Positions 59,662 through 64,000 of a DNA stretch of 64,000 nucleotides are shown here, one piece after another. How positions within the stretch are numbered: the stretch's first letter is position 1; the number at the start of each line of letters is the position of its first letter. The stretch comes from an uncultured Verrucomicrobiae bacterium (GTDB lineage: Bacteria > Verrucomicrobiota > Verrucomicrobiia > Chthoniobacterales > UBA10450). The position numbers were made by a program, and so were the translations under genes. The notes beneath the pieces were generated by a model, which ran no database searches, was not told the origin of the DNA, and saw only the letters and a list, made by a program, of their open reading frames with translations. Location of the stretch: contig CAWDGJ010000006.1 of the NCBI GenBank assembly GCA_963801815.1, forward strand, positions 32,001 to 96,000, written 5' to 3'.

Positions 59662-60075
59662 ATGAATATGTTTTCAACTCGCAAGTCTGAACCGCCCCCT
59701 TTAACGCCGTCGCCTCAACCGGCGCGGTCGAACGGAGCATCGTCTCCAACAACCGCGGCGGGGGGATTGCTCTCACGCGGAGTTTCCATCAAGGGCACGG
59801 TCAAATTCACGAACGAGCTCCTGATCGATGGTGAAGTCGAAGGCACGATCGACTCGACCGGATCGCTGACCATCGGCGAGCACGCGTCGATTAAAGGCGA
59901 AATCAAATCGAAATCGGTGAAAGTGCGCGGAACGGTCCAGGGCGACATCTTTGCCACCGAACGCTGCGAGCTTCAGGCCGGTTGCACTTTGCAGGGCGAC
60001 ATCGAAGCGCCGCGATTGGTCGTTGATGAGAACGCCACGTTCCTCGGGAGCGCCAAGGTTACGCCGAAAAGCTGA
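59662..60075 (+). CDS. Bactofilin (polymer-forming cytoskeletal protein)
   Basis: Repeating I.G.V.G pattern; LLIDGEVEG.I, GDI.APRL.V...A.F.G. Confidence 0.9.
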   Translation: MNMFSTRKSEPPPLTPSPQPARSNGASSPTTAAGGLLSRGVSIKGTVKFTNELLIDGEVEGTIDSTGSLTIGEHASIKGEIKSKSVKVRGTVQGDIFATERCELQAGCTLQGDIEAPRLVVDENATFLGSAKVTPKS

Positions 60076-60180
60076 GGCTACTTTTCTCTGAATCGCGAAT
60101 TACGCGGATACCCGTAAGAAGTTCGCCCAAACCGATAGTCTGACGTTGGTCTTATTTTTCCCGGATTCCTGCTTTCCTGA

Positions 60181-60390
60181 TTAATCGGACTCTTGCTCCA
60201 ATTCGTCGCGCAATTTTCGGTTTAATTCCTGCCGAGCCGCCTTCTTGATCGCGCGCCGCTCGTCCGTTACTGCCTGCTTCTCGCGTTGGCGATCTTTGCG
60301 CGACCGCTGATCAACGTCCGCCGGCAAATGCGAAAGCTTCGGCCGATTCGCGCCGACTTTCCGCTCGTTCGGTTTTGCGTAAGGGTCCAT
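60181..60390 (-). CDS. Small charged hypothetical protein
   Basis: GAGGAAGAG SD-like sequence upstream; fills an intergenic gap. Confidence 0.65.
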   Translation of the reverse strand: MDPYAKPNERKVGANRPKLSHLPADVDQRSRKDRQREKQAVTDERRAIKKAARQELNRKLRDELEQESD

Positions 60391-60466
60391 CTCTTCCTCT
60401 TGATCAGTCTGACGGCCGGAACAATTTATTCGGCAAGCGGGGCGCTTATTCTACAATAACAAGCAC

Positions 60467-61414
60467 ATGTCACTCGATTTCGGTCAAATTCGCGCGGCTC
60501 ATGAGCGGATCCGGCAGTACATTCATCGGACGCCGGTCCTGACCAGTTCACGTTTGGATGAGGCGAGCCGGGCGAAGTTATTTTTCAAGTGCGAAAACTT
60601 TCAAAAGATCGGCGCGTTTAAGGCCCGTGGCGCGACCAACGCGGTCTTTTCGCTCGATGATGCGACGGCGAAGCGGGGAGTGGCGACCCATTCGTCGGGA
60701 AATCATGGAACCGCACTGGCCCGGGCGGCGAAGCTTCGCGGGATTCCGGCGCACATCGTGATGCCGAAGAATTCGGCGAAAGTGAAAGTGCGCGCGGTCG
60801 AACGTTACGGCGCGCACGTCATTTTCTGCGAACCGAACGACGCGGCCCGCGAAGCCGCGTGTGCGGACGTGATCGCGAAGACAGGCGCGACGCTGATTCA
60901 CTCGTTTGAAAACCAGCACGTGATGGCGGGACAGGGGACCGCGGCGATTGAATTACTCGAAGACGCTGATGTCGATCTGGTGGTGTGTCCGGTTGGCGGC
61001 GGCGGGTTGTTATCCGGAACCGCGGTCGCGGCGAAATCGATGCGACCGAACATCAAAGTGGTCGCCGTCGAACCCGCGAATGCCGACGACACGGCGCAAT
61101 CTTTTCGCGCCCATAAACGAATTGTTACGGAAAAGAAGTTCACGATCGCCGACGGCCTGCGGACAAATGTCGGCGAACAAACGTTTCCGATTATCCAACG
61201 TTACGTCGACGATGTCGTCACTGTGAGTGAAGAAGCGATTGTCTCCGCGATGCGCACAATTTGGGAGACAATGAAGATCATCATCGAACCGTCGGCGGCC
61301 GTTCCCTACGCGGCGATTGCCGAACACAAGATCGACATCGCGGGCAAGCGCGCCGGAATAATTTTCACCGGTGGCAACGTCGATCTCGACGCACTGCCGT
61401 GGGCGGCAAAGTAA
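60467..61414 (+). CDS. PLP-dependent serine/threonine dehydratase / serine racemase family
   Basis: FKCENFQKIGAFKARGA, SSGNH, GQGT, VGGGGLLSG, IADG, EPS.A, TGGNVD. Confidence 0.92.
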   Translation: MSLDFGQIRAAHERIRQYIHRTPVLTSSRLDEASRAKLFFKCENFQKIGAFKARGATNAVFSLDDATAKRGVATHSSGNHGTALARAAKLRGIPAHIVMPKNSAKVKVRAVERYGAHVIFCEPNDAAREAACADVIAKTGATLIHSFENQHVMAGQGTAAIELLEDADVDLVVCPVGGGGLLSGTAVAAKSMRPNIKVVAVEPANADDTAQSFRAHKRIVTEKKFTIADGLRTNVGEQTFPIIQRYVDDVVTVSEEAIVSAMRTIWETMKIIIEPSAAVPYAAIAEHKIDIAGKRAGIIFTGGNVDLDALPWAAK

Positions 61415-61415
61415 A

Positions 61416-61440
61416 AATTAAGAAGTAAGAATTAAGAAGT
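61416..61440. repeat. Heptamer array between convergent genes
   Basis: aattaag aagtaag aattaag aagt. Confidence 0.7.
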
Positions 61441-61877
61441 TACTTAAGCGTAATCTCGCGCATCGTTTTGGTGCCGAGAATTTCGCGGATGTCGAGACGC
61501 TTCACGGCCATGTCCTTTCGCTGGTCGGCCGAACCCATCACCTTCTCTTGGATTGGGTCCATTTTGTCCCGAAAATGATCGAACGCCGCCATGTTCGGAT
61601 ATTCAACCAGAATGAGAATATTGAAGTCATGGGGATCGGACGCTTCGCCGGTCAGAATTTTGTAATCGAGGACGAGCTTTTGCTTTTTCAATTCCTCGTA
61701 GACTGGTTTTACTGTGCCGCTGATCTGTTTGAAGTATTCATCTGCGAGTCCCGTCTTGGTTTTGATCATGGACAAGACCCAAACTGGTCCTTCGTTGTAA
61801 GGTGCGTTGCTTTGCGCGACGCAAAGACCGGACAAACCGAAGGTTAATGCAATAGTGGCGAGGATTGATATTTTCAT
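61440..61877 (-). CDS. Secreted hypothetical protein
   Basis: Signal peptide; Y.EGPVW...IK...G....Y and EY.NMAA.D pattern. Confidence 0.78.
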   Translation of the reverse strand: MKISILATIALTFGLSGLCVAQSNAPYNEGPVWVLSMIKTKTGLADEYFKQISGTVKPVYEELKKQKLVLDYKILTGEASDPHDFNILILVEYPNMAAFDHFRDKMDPIQEKVMGSADQRKDMAVKRLDIREILGTKTMREITLK

Positions 61878-61947
61878 GGGGCGACAGCTTGAGGGGTTGT
61901 CGGTTGCGTTGAACAGGATTTAATTCAGTTTCAGGAGCCTATTTATT

Positions 61948-62970
61948 ATGAAGAACAAAGTTTTGCTCGCACTTGGAGTAATCACAGTCGCATTCGGCAT
62001 CGCGGAGGCGCAAGCGAACCCGGCGATGATGAAGGCCGTCGTCGTGAACGAATTCGGCGGCCCGGAAGTTTTGAAATATCAAGACGCGCCGAAGCCGGAA
62101 CCAAAGAGTGACGAAATTCTGGTTCGGGTGATGGCTGCAGCGGTGAATCCGGTCGACACCTACGTACGGCAAGGAAAGTTATCCAGGGGCGGCGGCATTG
62201 GCGGCCCTATGATCATTGGCTACGACATCGCCGGCATCGTCGAGAAAACCGGTGCAGACGCGAAGAAGTTCAAAGCTGGCGATCAGGTTTACTGTTATCT
62301 CTCAGTCATGCGCGGCGGCGGTTACGCCGAATACGCTGTTGCGAAAGAATCCGAGACCGCGCTCAAACCTAAGAACATCAATTTCGTCGAAGCGGCCGCC
62401 GTTCCGTTGGCTGCAACAACCGCGTGGCAGGCGCTTATTGACACAGCGAAGATCGACAAGGGGCAAACGGTCCTGATTCACGGTGGCTCGGGCGGCGTCG
62501 GTAGTTTCGCGATCCAAATTGCGAAGGCACGCGGCACGAAGGTGATTGCGACGGCCTCAACGGCGCACCAGGAGTTGCTTAAGCAGCTGGGAGTCGATCA
62601 GGCGATCGATTACACGACCACGAAATTCGAGGACGTGGTGAAAGATGTGGATGTTGTTCTCAATTGCGTTCGCGCCGATGCGCTTGGTCGTTCCTATGGC
62701 GTGGTGAAAAAAGGCGGCATCATTGTCTCGATCACGGATGAGCCTGATCAAAATGAATGTACCAAACATGGAATCCGCGGCACTCGAATGGGCGCACATC
62801 CGGATTCGAAGGTCCTCAACGAGCTCACGACACTGATCGAGGCGGGAAAGATGAAATCGATCGTTTCACAGACTTTCCCTTTAGCCGACGCCAGCAAAGC
62901 TCACCAGCAAGTCGAGACCCATCACACGCTCGGCAAAGTTGTTTTGAAGGTCGCGGATGAAAATAAATAG
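61948..62970 (+). CDS. NADP-dependent MDR oxidoreductase (quinone reductase-like) with N-terminal signal-like extension
   Basis: MKAV....FGGPEVL, VNPVD, VLIHGGSGGVG, GKVVL. Confidence 0.9.
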   Translation: MKNKVLLALGVITVAFGIAEAQANPAMMKAVVVNEFGGPEVLKYQDAPKPEPKSDEILVRVMAAAVNPVDTYVRQGKLSRGGGIGGPMIIGYDIAGIVEKTGADAKKFKAGDQVYCYLSVMRGGGYAEYAVAKESETALKPKNINFVEAAAVPLAATTAWQALIDTAKIDKGQTVLIHGGSGGVGSFAIQIAKARGTKVIATASTAHQELLKQLGVDQAIDYTTTKFEDVVKDVDVVLNCVRADALGRSYGVVKKGGIIVSITDEPDQNECTKHGIRGTRMGAHPDSKVLNELTTLIEAGKMKSIVSQTFPLADASKAHQQVETHHTLGKVVLKVADENK

Positions 62971-62982
62971 CCGAACTAAATT

Positions 62983-63996
62983 ATGAATCCAAGAATTGCT
63001 CTTGTTTCTGCGATGGTGGCATTTGCCACCACGTTTGCTGACTCGGCAACGATGAAAGCGATCGTCGCTCACGAATATGGTGGTCCTGAGGTCTTAAAAC
63101 TTGAAGACATGCCGGTCCCGACGCCGAAAGAGGACGAGATGCTGGTCAAAGTCTTTGCCGCGGGTGTGAATTCGTTCGATGGAGTAATGCGGTCGGGTAA
63201 GTACGCAAAGCCCAACGGCACGCAACTGCCGTGGCATCCCGGCTACGACATCGCCGGTGTGATCGAAAAAGTCGGCGCCAAAGTTACTAAGTTTAAAGTG
63301 GGCGACCCTGTTTACGCTTTCATCGCCATTCTGAAAGGCGGCGGCTACGCGGAATATGCGCTGGCCAAAGAAACTGACGCGGCCTTAAAGCCGTCGACGA
63401 TTAGCTTTGTAGAGGCGGCCGGCGCGCCAAGTGTCGCATTGACTGCCTGGCAGGCGATCGTTGATAAGGCGAACCTTCAACCCGGCCAGACGGTGCTGAT
63501 TCACGGAGCCTCCGGCGGCGTGGGATTGTTCGCGATTCCGATTGCAAAAGTTCGGGGCGCTAAAGTTTTCGCAACTGCTTCGACCGCCAATCAGGACTTT
63601 CTAAAGGAACTCGGAGCGGACGTTGCCATCGATTACAAGACACAGAAATTCGAGGACATTGCCAAGGATGTCGATGTCGTGATCGATGGCGTTGGCGGTG
63701 AAACGCTGGCGCGGTCGTATCCGATCGTGAAAAAAGGCGGAATCATTGTCTCGCTGACTGACCGCGTCGATCAGGCGCAGCTGAACAAGTATGGAATTCG
63801 CGGCGCGTCTCTGGAGGTCCAGAACAACGGCGATGAGCTTGCCCAGATCGGGAAGCTAATCGATGAAAAGAAAATCAAGGTCATCGTTTCCGAAACTTTT
63901 CCGCTCGCGGACGCAAACAAAGCGGAGACGAAAGCGGATACGGGTCATGCTCGCGGGAAAATCGTTTTGAAAATCGCTGACGAACCAAAATCCTGA
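62983..63996 (+). CDS. NADP-dependent MDR oxidoreductase (tandem paralog) with N-terminal signal-like extension
   Basis: MKAI....YGGPEVL, VLIHGASGGVG, RGKIVL. Confidence 0.9.
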   Translation: MNPRIALVSAMVAFATTFADSATMKAIVAHEYGGPEVLKLEDMPVPTPKEDEMLVKVFAAGVNSFDGVMRSGKYAKPNGTQLPWHPGYDIAGVIEKVGAKVTKFKVGDPVYAFIAILKGGGYAEYALAKETDAALKPSTISFVEAAGAPSVALTAWQAIVDKANLQPGQTVLIHGASGGVGLFAIPIAKVRGAKVFATASTANQDFLKELGADVAIDYKTQKFEDIAKDVDVVIDGVGGETLARSYPIVKKGGIIVSLTDRVDQAQLNKYGIRGASLEVQNNGDELAQIGKLIDEKKIKVIVSETFPLADANKAETKADTGHARGKIVLKIADEPKS

Positions 63997-64000
63997 GCCC

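Noticed and set aside
1..64000. tRNA, rRNA, transposase, integrase, phage or defence genes
   Set aside because: None recognised by eye; small RNAs could be missed without covariance searches.

Overview
Gene-dense bacterial chromosome segment with about 65 CDS. No rRNA, tRNA, CRISPR array, transposase or prophage was seen. Gene content and style suggest a soil Verrucomicrobiota (Chthoniobacterales-like) organism, which is an inference. It carries housekeeping genes (recO, pxpBCA, thrS, pcm, lepA-lepB, moaA-moaC-mog, ubiD-like, dnaX-ybaB), an envelope block (GT-C glycosyltransferases, a GT/sulfotransferase/sulfatase operon, msbA-like ABC transporter, GT9, two GT4), a DUF1800-DUF1501 pair and many secreted hypothetical proteins. 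The strongest signal not explained by gene calls is a set of miniature palindromic or periodic elements: GTAG...CTAC REP-like units, inverted 7-mer arrays, 9-mer arrays, a TGTCAT...ATGACA element and a CCCGCCTTCGC element. They fill intergenic gaps, and they also lie in frame, apparently translated, inside thrS, the YyaL-like gene, a GT4, ubiD, moaA and dnaX and at the ends of other genes. No mobilising enzyme is encoded here. Other points: an A9 run in dnaX with nearby stops in both shifted frames (candidate tau/gamma recoding), an orphan double-glycine peptide gene preceded by a possible structured RNA, repeated -10 boxes 6 nt before start codons (leaderless mRNAs), and five single-base +1 frameshifts (GT4 twice, HAD, lepA, a lipoprotein) that are probably sequencing errors.
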